Assembly (NCBI GenBank): GCA_010909165.1
Contig: MU008162.1
Coordinates: 2,167,601 to 2,231,600 of the forward strand
DNA length: 64,000 nt
Direction of reading: 5' to 3'
DNA from: Anthoceros angustus
Taxonomy: Eukaryota; Plantae; Anthocerotophyta
Within the stretch, counting starts at the first letter, position 1. Every line of letters begins with the position of its first letter. This document shows, piece after piece, positions 40,405 through 54,600 of this stretch. The notes under the pieces are model-generated. The model did not search any database and had not been told where the DNA came from. It saw nothing but the letters and a program-made list of their open reading frames with translations. Made by a program: the position numbers and the translations under genes.

Positions 40405-41189
40405 TGGAGTGACAGCAGCGTGTGCGGCTGTGACATTATAAATCGTCCGTAAATGCCCAAATCCGATCGGAGCTTGGAACATCTCGTTCTTCCTCATCTT
40501 CGATTTGAGGAATCCTCGAGGACGTTGACTTGAGACACCGAGATAGGACTTGCTCGGCACATTTGTAACTATTTATTTTACAAAGCGCAGAGTTTATCGA
40601 AAAAGAGAGGCTATATATGTGGTATATGGGTTCGCTAATTATCGTATTCAAAAGTAATCGTGTGATTACCTATAGACTCTTCAAGGCTATAATTCCAACC
40701 TTTCATAGAGCTTATTTGGTTGATCGGTGAATCATAATAATCCAAGATAAAGTCTTATTCTTTATCTTTCATTTGACTTTCTGAGGACAAAAGCCAATCC
40801 AAGACAAAGTTATGGGTCTTTTGAATCTTTGTAATCTTCCACTTGACTTACAAGAACAAATTATTATGAAGTATATGAGTAATGTCAAGCATGGCAAAAT
40901 TGGAAGTATGTTCCAAAACTCACACTTTGCACATTTGTAACTATTTATTTTACAAAGCGCAGAGTTTATCGAAAAAGAGAGGCTATATATGTGGTATATG
41001 GGTTCGCTAATTATCGTATTCAAAAGTAATCGTGTGATTACCTCTAGATGTTGCACTCTTCAAGGCTATAATTCCAACCTTTCATAGAGCTTATTTGGTT
41101 GATCGGCGAATCATAATAATCCAAGATAAAGTCTTATTCTTTATCTTTCATTTGACTTACGAGGACAAAAGCCAATCCAAGACAAAGTT

Positions 41190-41742
41190 ATGGGTCTTTT
41201 GAATCTTTGTAATCTTCCACTTGACTTACAAGAACAAATTATTATGAAGTATATGAGTAATGTCAAGCATGGCAAAATTGGAAGTATGTTCCAAAACTCA
41301 CACTTTGCACATTAACATATGGGGATTTATGAATGGAGATCCAAATACGTAAATCATGGCTTATCAAATATTATTATCACTTCCACATCTTGTGACATCC
41401 ATTGTTCTCTATTGCCTCTATGAAGTCAACTTTAGACCCTACCATGATGAGATGCTAATTAGTAATAAAGTTTTAGTTGACGAAGATAGAGTCAAAGATA
41501 TGGTTGAAAGTCTCAATGAGCTTTATGTATGGTCAAATCTCCCAAAAGTTCAAGACATTATCACCTTTGAAAAGGAAGTCACATATGAAGAATTTGTGTA
41601 TCCTTTGAGAATAATGTTTCGTGGTCACATACAAGCAAGCATGCATGGAAAGGGACGATATATGCCCATTATAACTCTTGGACTAGGAATAATGAAATCT
41701 TGAATGAATGCCCATGAAACCATTCCACAAGCTATGCCATGA
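41190..41742 (+). pseudogene. Copy of unknown ORF (duplicated segment)
   Basis: Core ORF 41356..41703. Confidence 0.45.
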
Positions 41743-42811
41743 AACAGATACTTCCTTGCCTCTCTACCTGGCTCTAGAGTCCCGAGTCCAGCGGTGCGTG
41801 TCGTGGCCATGGATACAACAAATAAGTCCTATATATTTAGCAATATTAATTCGGCCGCTATGGAGAAGACACTTCGATTCCAAACGTCAGTATGTGGAGA
41901 AGAGTCGATTCCATTCGTTGTGGAGAAGAGATCTCGATTCTACCATCGTGGAGAAGACACTTCCGACTCTAGTCGTCATGTGGAAGACACTTCGACTCTA
42001 GTTGCTCAGTGGAGAAGACGCTTCTTGATAGAGTGCATGCCATGGCCATGGATACGATAAATTAGTCCATTAACGCGTCTAGATCCGATCGGAGCTTGGA
42101 ACATCTCGTTCTTCCTCATCTTCGATTTGAGGAATCCTCGAGGACGTTGACTTGAGACACCGAGATAGGACTTGCTCACATTTGTAACTATTTATTTTAC
42201 AAAGCGCAGAGTTTATCGAAAAAGAGAGGCTATATATGTGGTATATGGGTTCGCTAATTATCGATTCAAAAGTAATCGTGATTACCTCTAGATGTTATGC
42301 ACTCTTCAAGGCTATAATTCCAACCTTTCATAGAGCTTATTTGGTTGATCGTAATCATAATAATCCAAGATAAAGTCTTATTCTTTATCTTTCATTTGAC
42401 TTACGAGGACAAAAGCCAATCCAAGACAAAGTTATGGGTCTTTTGAACTGCTTTGTAATCTTCCACTTGACTTACAAGAACAAATTATTATGAAGTATAT
42501 GAGTAATGTCAAGCATGGCAAAATTGGAAGTATGTTCCAAAACTCACTTTGCACATTTGTAACTATTTATTTTACAAAGCGCAGAGTTTATCGAAAAAGA
42601 GAGGCTATATATGTGGTATATGGGTTCGCTAATTATCGTATTCAAAAGTAATCGTGTGATTACCTCTAGATGTTGCACTCTTCAAGGCTATAATTCCAAC
42701 CTTTCATAGAGCTTATTTGGTTGATCGGCGAATCATAATAATCCAAGATAAAGTCTTATTCTTTATCTTTCATTTGACTTACGAGGACAAAAGCCAATCC
42801 AAGACAAAGTT

Positions 42812-43368
42812 ATGGGTCTTTTGAATCTGCTTTGTAATCTTCCACTTGACTTACAAGAACAAATTATTATGAAGTATATGAGTAATGTCAAGCATGGCAA
42901 AATTGGAAGTATGTTCCAAAACTCACACTTTGCACATTAACATATGGGGATTTATGAATGGAGATCCAAATACGTAAATCATGGCTTATCAAATATTATT
43001 ATCACTTCCACATCTTGTGACATCCATTGTTCTCTATTGCCTCTATGAAGTCAACTTTAGACCCTACCATGATGAGATGCTAATTAGTAATAAAGTTTTA
43101 GTTGACGAAGATAGAGTCAAAGATATGGTTGAAAGTCTCAATGAGCTTTATGTATGGTCAAATCTCCCAAAAGTTCAAGACATTATCACCTTTGAAAAGG
43201 AAGTCACATATGAAGAATTTGTGTATCCACCAGAATAATGTTTCGTGGTCACATACAAGCAAGCATGCATGGAAAGGGACGATATATGCCCATTATAACT
43301 CTTGGACTAGGAATAATGAAATCTTGAATCGCAATGCCCATGAAACCATTCCACAAGCTATGCCATGA
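42812..43368 (+). pseudogene. Copy of unknown ORF (duplicated segment)
   Basis: ORFs 42981..43238 and 43102..43368. Confidence 0.45.
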
Positions 43369-46300
43369 AACCCCAGATACTTCCTTGCCTCTCTACCTGG
43401 CTCTAGAGTCCCGAGTCCTGTGTCGTGGCCATGGATACAACAAATAAGTCCTATATATTTCAGAGCAATATTAATTCCACCGCTATGGAGAAGACACTTC
43501 GATTCCAAACGATGTGGAGAAGACACTTCGATTCCAGCCTGTTGTGGAGAAGACACTTCGATTCCACGTGGAGAAGACACTTCGACTCTAGTCGTCATGT
43601 GGAGAAGACACTTCGACTCTAGTTGCTCAGTGGAGAAGACGCTTCTTGATAGAGTGCATGCCATGGCCATGGATACGATAAATTAGTCCATTAACGTCTA
43701 GATCCGATCAAGCTTGGAGCCTCTCGTGGCCATGGATATACAAATTAGTCAAGTAATGTCTAGATGCGATCAAAGCTTGGAGCCTCTTGGGTTCTTCCGC
43801 CATTCAATCTAAGTAATCTGTAAGGACATTCTCTTGAGAGAGTAAGGACGTGTTGGGCACGCTTTGTAACTTTTATTTTATAAAGCCTTAAATTTATTAA
43901 AAACAAAAGAGGATATGTTGTAAATCGATAAGATAATTATTGCAATCGATGTGCATCCTTGTAGAATAATGCTTTATCGCCACGTATAAGCAAGATCGTA
44001 AGGGACCATAAAAATATTTCCAAGGTGAGGGCAATGGAGTCACCATCCAATAGTTTAAGCAAAGAATTTCAAAACCACGAGTTACCATCAAATGGTCTAA
44101 GATAGGCGTAAGATTGGCTCAAGATAGCGAGATATTTCTAAGGCGAGGACGATGAAGTCACCATCAAATGTTTTAAGCAAAGAATTTCAAGGCGAATCAG
44201 AGATAGTTACCATTAAATGATGGCTCAAGATAGTGAGACTTTAACTAAGATCTTCCCACTTGGCGCCTCCCAATGCTACGTAGTGGCTCAATGTCGGGAA
44301 GAAAATATTAAAACCAATACCTCAACCTTTTGATACGTAACGAGGAGAAGAAGAAAAGACACTTACTTAACCCTTAAGACACAATCCTACGTAGCTTCGC
44401 CCAAGCGATTGAGAAAATGTATTACTTCATTTACCCATTCGTGGTATTATGTGACTTCATGGCTCCGCCTCCAAAAATTTGAGAAACGTATTACTTCATT
44501 TACCCATTGGTGGCATCGTTGGACTTCATGGAGTGACATCTCACTGTCCCATCTTTTGTCTTTGCTTCTCATATCATTTTCCTTTTTGTAAATAGATAAG
44601 AATCATTTTACTTTGCTTTTGATACCACTTTCGCTACAAAGCTTGGAAGAGGACATAGTAATATTAAAATATTCAATGAAACATATAGAATCAAGAAATT
44701 TATGTCTAATGCATCAACATCTATTCATCGGGGCATAAGTCTAGTATAGTCTGCTCATTGACCAAGGTGGTCCTTGGGTCCTATTTTAGATCGGCACTTA
44801 ACGAGACCGTCCCTCGAAAAGAGGGCATCTGGCCCGGGACGTGGTCAAAAATGCCTTGCTTCGTATCATATTTGTGAATGGCACGTGAGTAGTACATATG
44901 GGAAGGTGAAAGTGAAGTTATCTACTAAAAGCTTTTCCTTTTGCTCCATCCTTATGGATAAACATGTCATGTATGAAGATCATACAAGCTTATCTTGTTA
45001 GAGAATTTGGAGACTTTATATGTAGATATTTCAAAGTGTAGAGAATTTGGAGACTTTACATAGATATTTCAAAGTGCAAAGAATTTGGTATTGATATTTC
45101 AAAGTGTACATCAAGTCCATGGAAGTTTAATGTTTGATATGGAGTAGGCCCGTAGGGCACTAACAATCAAGGCGCGCATAAGGGCATGATTTATAATCCA
45201 CAGGCCATGGAGCTAGGAATGGATGCCACCCACCCGTCGATCCGTCCCAAGGACGCTTTCAAGACTGTGGAGTTCCAGTGAACCAAGTGCATGCCACTCC
45301 TTGAAGGAGGACCACAAGAAGTATATCACCCATGAAGTCGCATGCCACTCCTTGAAGGGAGGACCACAAGAAGTATATCACCCATGTCAAAGCCGCTGAC
45401 CCCTAATTGACGGGCTTTTTCTAGGATCTTTTAATCGAATAAATCTGAAAATTACCCTACTAAGCTACACATATTTTCACTGATTATTGAGGACCTCGTT
45501 GAATTCTTGAGTTATTGCGTGCTTAACTTGCCCCGATCATGTCTCAGACGGGAGTGCACTCCTCCTTCTTGAGTCCATGCACACATGACAACTATGCCAC
45601 TATGATCGCCCTCAAGCCCGCAATGAGTGTTCATCCGCCTCGCTTATGGAGGAGGCCTTCCGATCCTTGACCCGCAAACCTAATAGTACGTTCTAAGAAA
45701 TTCCCAAAGGCCCGAACGACTAGCGAGTTGGAAGGGCTAAACTACATCCGCCTATTTGGCCATTCACAACGCCTTAGGCAACGGAATCCCATCCCACAAC
45801 ATTGCGGCTTCACTGCTTGTATCCTAGTTCGCAGTAACCATAGGGCCACCATACATGGGTGTTTCAAATTGGCATCGGGAGTAGTGGAACCGACCCCATG
45901 AGGATTTATGAAGGTGTCCGCGTGTGGCAACATCAAGAAAATCCAAGGTCACCTTGGTCGCAAAGAAGAAAATCCAAGGTCACCTTATTGCGAAGAAAAT
46001 CCAAGGTCACCTTGGCTGCAAAGAACAAAATCCAAGGTCACCTTATCGCAGCAGAAAATCCAAGGTCACCTTTGCTGCAACACAAGCTCAAATTGGGCTT
46101 CAAGGGTCTTACTAGCCATTGGCAAGGTCATCCAAACCATCGCTCGCAACAAAACCAACAAGTTTCTACCGCACCCAAGTTAAGATTTTGAGCGTAAAAT
46201 AGGTTGGAGACCCAAGGAACAATGTTTCTTTTGCCTCTTCACAAATTAGATGCAATTGATAATTTGGGGCAGCCTTACTAGTATCTCCACGCCCACCCCA

Positions 46301-46395
46301 CCGTTGTGTTCATAAGCTAGAGTGAAAAGCGGATAAGTGTTCAAAATTCTTCCGGATCTTGCTAACTGCACCGTAGAACTCCTTCTGCATCCGTG

Positions 46396-46550
46396 TATGG
46401 CCCCGACCATCCCAAGTGGCTAGGCCCCTTCTCCGCCAACACTCCATCATACCGAAGGAGAATTTCACATCACGATGGCTGCCTATCCATGACCCCGAGA
46501 CATTCGCCAAGAATGTGGAGTTGAGGTGATCCATGATCATGGCTATGCTG
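46396..46550 (+). pseudogene. LHCB: Lhcb fragment, array copy
   Basis: TATGGCCCCGACCATCCCAAGTGGCTAGGCCCCTTCTCC translates to [13 protein letters not shown]. Confidence 0.9.
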
Positions 46551-46961
46551 TGGAGTGATAAAAGCGTGCTGCATGTGACACTACAAATCGGTCCAAATGC
46601 CCAACCGATCGGAGCTTGGAACATCTCGGTTCTTCCTCATCTTCGATTTGAGGAATCTCGAGACGTTGACTTGAGACACCGAGATAGGACTTGCTCGGCA
46701 CATTTGTAACTATTTATTTTACAAAGCGCAGAGTTTATCAAAAAAGAGAGGCTATATATGTGGTATATGGGTTCGCTAATTATCGTATTCAAAAGTAATC
46801 GTGTGATTACCTCTAGATGTTCTCGCACTCTTCAAGGCTATAATTCCAACCTTTCATAGAGCTTATTTGGTTGATCGGCGAATCATAATAATCCAAGATA
46901 AAGTCTTATTCTTTATCTTTCATTTGACTTACGAGGACAAAAGCCAATCCAAGACAAAGTT

Positions 46962-47522
46962 ATGGGTCTTTTGAATGCTTTGTAATCTTCCACTTGACTT
47001 ACAAGAACAAATTATTATGAAGTATATGAGTAATGTCAAGCATGGCAAAATTGGAAGTATGTTCCAAAAACTCACACTTTGCACATTAACATATGGGGAT
47101 TTATGAATGGAGATCCAAATACGTAAATCATGGCTTATCAAATATTATTATCACTTCCACATCTTGTGACATCCATTGTTCTCTATTGCCTCTATGAAGT
47201 CAACTTTAGACCCTACCATGATGAGATGCTAATTAGTAATAAAGTTTTAGTTGACGAAGATAGAGTCAAAGATATGGTTGAAAGTCTCAATGAGCTTTAT
47301 GTATGGTCAAATCTCCCAAAAGTTCAAGACATTATCACCTTTGAAAAGGAAGTCACATATGAAGAATTTGTGTATCCAATCAGAGAATAATGTTTCGTGG
47401 TCACATACAAGCAAGCATGCATGGAAAGGGACGATATATGCCCATTATAACTCTTGGACTAGGAATAATGAAATCTTGAATCGCAATGCCCCCATGAAAC
47501 CATTCCACAAGCTATGCCATGA
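46962..47522 (+). pseudogene. Copy of unknown ORF
   Basis: Core ORF 47130..47390. Confidence 0.45.
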
Positions 47523-50500
47523 AACTGTAGATACTTCCTTGCCTCTAGTCTGCCTCTAGAGTCCCGAGTCCCGCAGCAGCGGTCGCGTGGCCATGGATAC
47601 AACAAATAAGTCCTATATATTCAGTAGCAACATTAATTCCAGCTGCTGCTATGGAGAAGACACTTCGATTCCAGCACAGTATGTGGAGAAGATGTCATTC
47701 CAAATTCGCTGTGGAGAAGACAGATCCGATTCCAAATACTCAGTGGAGAAGACACTTCACTCTAGTCATGTGGAGAAGACACTTCGACTCTAGTTGCTCG
47801 TGGAGAAGACGCTTTTGATAGAGTGCATGCCATGGCCATGGATACGATAAATTAGTCCATTAACGTCTAGATCCGATCAAGCTTGGAGCCCCTCTACGTG
47901 GCCATGGATACGACAAATTAGTCAAGTAATGTCTAGATGCGATCAAAGCTTGGAGCCTCTTGGGTTCTTCCGGCCATTCAATCTAAGTAATGTGTAAGGA
48001 CATTCTCTTGAGAGATTATAAGGACGTGTTGGGCACGTTGTAACTTTTATTTTATAAAGCCTTAAATTTATTAAAAACAAAAGAGGATATGTTGTAAATC
48101 GATAAGATAATTATTGCAATCGATGTGCATCCTTGTAGAATAATGCTTTATCGTCACGTATAAGCAAGATCGAAAGGGACCATAAAAATATTTCCAAGGT
48201 GAGGCAATGGAGTCACCATCCAATAGTTTAAGCAAAGAATTTCAAGGTAATCCACAGAAGTTACCATCAAATGGTCTAAGATAGGCGGAAGATTGGCTCA
48301 AGATAGCGTAGATATTTCTAAAGAGGACGATGAAGTCACCATCAAATGTTTTAAGCAAAGAATTTCAAGGCGTAACTGCAGAGATAGTTACCATTAAATG
48401 ATGGCTCAAGATAGTGAGACTTTAACGGAAGATCTTCCCACTTGTGGGCCTCCCAATGCTACGAGTGGCTCAATCTTTGGGAAGAAAATATTAAAACCAA
48501 TACCTCAACCTTTTGATACGAACGAGAGAAGAAGAAAAGACACTTACTTAACCCTTAAGACACAATCCTACGTAGCTTCGCCTGGGCGATTGAGAAAATG
48601 TATTACTTCATTTACCCATTCGTGGTATTATGTGACTTCATGGCTCCCGCCTCCAAAAATTTGAGAAACGTATTACTTCATTTACCCATTGGTGGCATCG
48701 TTGGACTTCATGGAGTGACATCTCTCACCGTTCATCTTTTGTCTTTGCTTCTCATATCATTTTCCTTTTTGTAAATAGATAAGAATCATTTTACTTTGCT
48801 TTTGATACCACTTTCGCTACAAAGCTTGGAAGAGGACATAGTAATATTAAAATATTCAATGAAACATATAGAATCAAGAAATTTATGTCTAATGCATCAA
48901 CATCTATTCATCGGGCATAAGTCTAGTATAGTGCTCATTGACCAAAGGTGGTCCTTGGGTCCTATTTTAGATCGGCACTTAATCTAGACCGTCCCCCTCA
49001 AAAGAGGCGGATCGGGTTCGGGACGTGGTCAAAAATGCCTTGTTTCAGATGTATCATATTTGTGAATGGCATCGTGAGTAGTACATATGGGAAGGTGAAA
49101 GTGAAGTTATCTACTAAAAGCTTTTCCTTTGCTCCATCCTTATGGATAAACATGTCATGTATGAAGATCATCTGAAGCTTATCTTGTTAGAGAATTTGGA
49201 GACTTTATATGTATATTTCAAAGTGTAGAGAATTTGGAGACTTTATACAGATATTTCAAAGTGAAAAGAATTTGGTATTGATATTTCAAAGTGTACATCA
49301 AGTCCCTGACCGGAAGTTTAATGTTTGATATGGAGTAGGCCCGTAGGGCACTAACAATCGGGCATAAGGGCATGATTTATAATCCACGAGGGCCATGGAG
49401 CTAGGAATGGATGCCACCCACCGAAAATCGATCCGTCCCAAGGCGCCAAGACTGGGTGGAGTTCCAAAGTGAACCAAGTGCATGCCACTCCTTGAAGGAG
49501 GACCACAAGAAGTATATCACCCATGAAGTCTCGTATGCCACTCCTTGAAGGGAGGACCACAAGAAGTATATCACCCATGTCAAAGCGTTGACCCCTAATT
49601 GACGGGCTTTTCTAGGATCTTTTGTCGAATAAATCTGAAAATTACCCTACTAAGCTACACATATTTTCACTGATTATTGAGGACCTCGTTGAATTCTTGA
49701 GTGGCGCGCTTAACTTGCCTCGATCATGTCTCGACGGGAGTGCACTCCTCCTTCTTGAGTCCATGCACACATGACAACTATGCCACTATGACTGGCCCCT
49801 CAAGCCCGCAATGAGTGTTCATCCTCGCCGCTTATGGAGGAGGCCTTCCAGATCCTTGACCGCAAAACCTAATAGTACGTTCTAAGAAATTCCCAAAGGC
49901 TGAACGACTAAGCGAGTTGGAAGGGCTAAACTACATCGCCTATTTGGCCAGCCCGCGAACGCTTTAGGGCAACAATCCCATCCCACAACATTGCGGCTTC
50001 ACTCGTTTGTATCCTAGTTCGCAGTAACGGTAGGCCACCATGGGTGTTTCAAATTGGCATCGGAGTAGTGGAACCGACCGCCATGAGGATTTATGAAGGT
50101 GTCCGTATGGCAACATCAGCAAAATCCAAGGTCACCTTGGCAGCGCAAAATCCAAGGTCGGTCTAGCAGAATCCAAGGTCACCTCAGCAAAGAATAAATC
50201 CAAGGTCACCTTGCAGCGAAAAAATCCAAGGTCACCTTGCTGCAACACAAGCTCAAATTGGGCTTCAAGGGTCTTACTAGCCATTGGCAAGGTCATCCAA
50301 ACCATCGCCGCAACAAAACCAACAAGTTTCTACACCCAAGTTAAGATTTTGAGTAAAATAGGTTGGAGACCCAAGGAACAATGTTTCTTTTGCCTCTTCA
50401 CAAATTAGATGCAATTGATAATTTGGGGCTGCAGCTTACTAGTATCTCCGCCCCAATTGTTGTGTTCATAAGCTAGAGTGAAAACTGGATAAGTGTTCAA

Positions 50501-50548
50501 AATTCTTCCGGATCTTGCTAACTGCACCTAGAACTCCTTCGCCATCTG

Positions 50549-50697
50549 TATGGCCCGACCATCCCCATGGCTAGGCCCTTCTCCGCCAACACTCCATCAT
50601 ACGAAGGAGAATTCCAAGGCGACGACTGACACTGGCCTATCCATGGACCCCAGACATTCGCCAAGAACAGGGAGTTGGAGGTGATCCATGCACAGGC
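50549..50697 (+). pseudogene. LHCB: Lhcb fragment, array copy
   Basis: [13 protein letters not shown] is intact. Confidence 0.88.
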
Positions 50698-51113
50698 CGT
50701 GGAGTGACAGGTGCGTGTTGGTGGCAGGGGACACTACAAATCGGTCCGTAAATGCCCAAATCCGATCGGAGCTTGGAACATCTCTCGGTTCTTCCTCATC
50801 TTCGATTTGAGGAATCCTGTAGGACGTTGACTTGAGACACCGAGATAGGACTTGCTCGGCACATTTGTAACTATTTATTTTACTGTAGCGAGTTTATCGA
50901 AAAAAGAGGCTATATATGTGGTATATGGGTTCAAATTATCGTATTCAAAAGTAATCGTGTGATTACCTCTAGATGTTGCACTCTTCAGGCTATAATTCCA
51001 ACCTTTCATAGAGCTTATTTGGTTGATCGGCAATCATAATAATCCAAGATAAAGTCTTATTCTTTATCTTTCATTTGACTTTCTGAGGACAAAAGCCAAT
51101 CCAAGACAAAGTT

Positions 51114-51669
51114 ATGGGTCTTTTTGAATCTGTTGTAATCTTCCACTTGACTTACAAGAACAAATTATTATGAAGTATATGAGTAATGTCACATGGCAAA
51201 ATTGGAAGTATGTTCCAAAACTCACACTTTGCACATTAACATATGGGGATTTATGAATGGAGATCCAAATACTGAAATCATGGCTTATCAAATATTATTA
51301 TCACTTCCACATCTTGTGACATCCATTGTTCTCTATTGCCTCTATGAAGTCAACTTTAGACCCTACCATGATGAGATGCTAATTAGTAATAAAGTTTTAG
51401 TTGTGAAGATAGAGTCAAAGATATGGTTGAAAGTCTCAATGAGCTTTATGTATGGTCAAATCTCCCAAAAGTTCAAGACATTATCACCTTTGAAAAGGAA
51501 GTCACATATGAAGAATTTGTGTATCCACCGTAGAATAATGTTTCGTGGTCACATACAAGCAAGCATGCATGGAAAGGGATATATGCCCATTATAACTCTT
51601 GGACTAGGAATAATGAAATCTTGAATCAAGAATGCCCCCCATGAAACCATTCCACAAGCTATGCCATGA
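51114..51669 (+). pseudogene. Copy of unknown ORF lacking the first internal stop
   Basis: ORF 51193..51624 reads ...WGFMNGDPNTEIMAYQ through the site that is TAA in most copies. Confidence 0.45.
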
Positions 51670-54600
51670 AACTCAGATACTTCCTTGCCTCTCTAGTCAC
51701 GGCGGCTCTAGAGTCCCGAGTCTGGCGCGGCGTGGTCGTGGCCATGGATACAACAAATAAGTCCTATATATTTCGTAGCAATATTAATTCCATTTGCTAT
51801 GGAGAGACACTTCCGATTCCACCGTCATTGTATGTGGAGAAGATGGCAGTTCTCGATTCCAAATTGTCACAGTTGGAGAAGATCGATTCCACATCACTGT
51901 GAGAAGACACTTCGACTCTAGCGCTTGTGGAGAAGACACTTCGACTCTGGTTGCTCAGGAGAAGACGCTTCTTGATAGAGTGCGCCATGGCCATGGATCG
52001 ATAAATTAGTCCATTAACGTCAGATCCGATCGAAGCTTGGAGCCCTCTACCGGCCATGGATACGACAAATTAGTCAAGTAATGTCTGATGCATCAAAGCT
52101 TGGAGCCTCTTGGGTTCTTCCGCCATTCAATCTAAGTAATCTGTAAGGACATTCTCTTGAGAGAGAGTAAGGACGGTTGGGCACGCTTTGTAACTTTTAT
52201 TTTATAAAGCCTTAAATTTATTAAAACAAAAGAGGATATGTTGTAAATCGATAAGATAATTATTGCAATCGATGTGCATCCTTGTAGAATAATGTTTCGT
52301 GGTCACATACAAGCAAGCATGCATGGAAAGGGACGATATATGCCCATTATAACTCTTGGACTAGGAATAATGAAATCTTGAATCAAGAATGCCCCCCATG
52401 AAACCATTCCACAAGCTATGCCATGAAACTCAGATACTTCCTTGCCTCTCTAGTCACGGCGGCTCTAGAGTCCCGAGTCTGGCGCGGCGTGGTCGTGGCC
52501 ATGGATACAACAAATAAGTCCTATATATTTCGTAGCAATATTAATTCCATTTGCTATGGAGAGACACTTCCGATTCCACCGTCATTGTATGTGGAGAAGA
52601 TGGCAGTTCTCGATTCCAAATTGTCACAGTTGGAGAAGATCGATTCCACATCACTGTGAGAAGACACTTCGACTCTAGCGCTTGTGGAGAAGACACTTCG
52701 ACTCTGGTTGCTCAGGAGAAGACGCTTCTTGATAGAGTGCGCCATGGCCATGGATCGATAAATTAGTCCATTAACGTCAGATCCGATCGAAGCTTGGAGC
52801 CCTCTACCGGCCATGGATACGACAAATTAGTCAAGTAATGTCTGATGCATCAAAGCTTGGAGCCTCTTGGGTTCTTCCGCCATTCAATCTAAGTAATCTG
52901 TAAGGACATTCTCTTGAGAGAGAGTAAGGACGGTTGGGCACGCTTTGTAACTTTTATTTTATAAAGCCTTAAATTTATTAAAACAAAAGAGGATATGTTG
53001 TAAATCGATAAGATAATTATTGCAATCGATGTGCATCCTTGTAGAATAATGTTTCGTGGTCACATACAAGCAAGCATGCATGGAAAGGGACGATATATGC
53101 CCATTATAACTCTTGGACTAGGAATAATGAAATCTTGAATCAAGAATGCCCCCCATGAAACCATTCCACAAGCTATGCCATGAAACCTCAGATACTTCCT
53201 TGCCTCTCTAGGCTGGCTCTAGAGTCCCGAGTCAGCAGGTGTCGTAATGCCATGGATACAACAAATAAGTCCTATATATTTCAGAGTATTAATTCGGTAC
53301 CTTGCTATGGAGAAGACACTTCCGATTCCATTTCAGATGTGGAGAAGATACCGATTCCACATTCGTTGTGGAGAAGAGATCCTCGATTCTACCATCGCAC
53401 CGTGGAGAAGACACTCGACTCTAGCGCCGTGGAGAAGACACTTCCGACTCTAGTTGCTCTCAAGAAGACGCTTCTTGATAGAGCGCCATGGCCATGGATA
53501 ATCGATAAATTAGTCCATTGCGTCTAGATCCGATCGAAGCTTGGGCCCTGCGGGCATGGATGCGACAAATTAGTCAAGTAATGTCTAGATGCGATCAAAG
53601 CTTGGAGCCTCTTGGGTTCTTCGGCCATTCAATCTAAGTAATCTTAAGGACATTCTCTTGAGAGGCAAAGTAAGGACGTGTTAAGTGTTGTAACTTTTAT
53701 TTTATAAAGCCTTAAATTTATTAAAACAAAAGAGGATATGTTGTAAATCGATAAGATAATTACAAATCGATGTGCATCCTTATAGAATAATGCTTTATAG
53801 TCACGTATAAGCAAGATCGTAAAGGGACCATAAAAATATTTCAAGGTGAGGGCAATGAGTCACCATCCAATAGTTTAAGCAAAGAATTTCAAGGCAACCA
53901 CGAAGTTACCATCAAATGGTCTAAGATAGGCAGAAGATTGGCTCAAGATAGCGAGATATTTCTAAAGCGAGGGCGATGAAGTCACCATCAAATGTTTTAA
54001 GCAAAGAATTTCAAAGCGCGAGAGATAATTACCATTAAATGATGGCTCAAGATAGTGAGACTTTAACGGAAGATCTTCCACTTGAGCCTCCCAATGCTGT
54101 GGTGGCTCAATCTTTGGGAAGAAAATATTAAAACCAATACCTCAACCTTTTGATCGTAACGTAGGAGAAGAAGAAGACACTTACTAACCCTTAAGACACA
54201 ATCTCATCGTAGCTTCAGTCTCAAGATTGAGAAAATGTATTACTTCATTTACCCATTCGGGTATTATGTGACTTCATGGCTCCTGCCTCAAAAATTTGAG
54301 AAGCATTACTTCATTTACCCATTGGTGGCATCGTTGGACTTCATGGAGTGACATCTCTCACTGCTCCATCTTTTGTCTTTGCTTCTCATATCATTTTTTT
54401 TGTAAATAGATAAGAATCATTTTACTTTGCTTTTGATACCACTTCGCTACAAAGCTTGGAAGAGGACATAGTAATATTAAAATATTCAATGAAACATATA
54501 GAATCAAGAAATTTATGTCTAATGCATCAACATCTATTCATCGGGGCATAAGTCTAGTATAGTCGCTCATTGACGGTGTGGTCCTTGGGTCTATTTTAGA

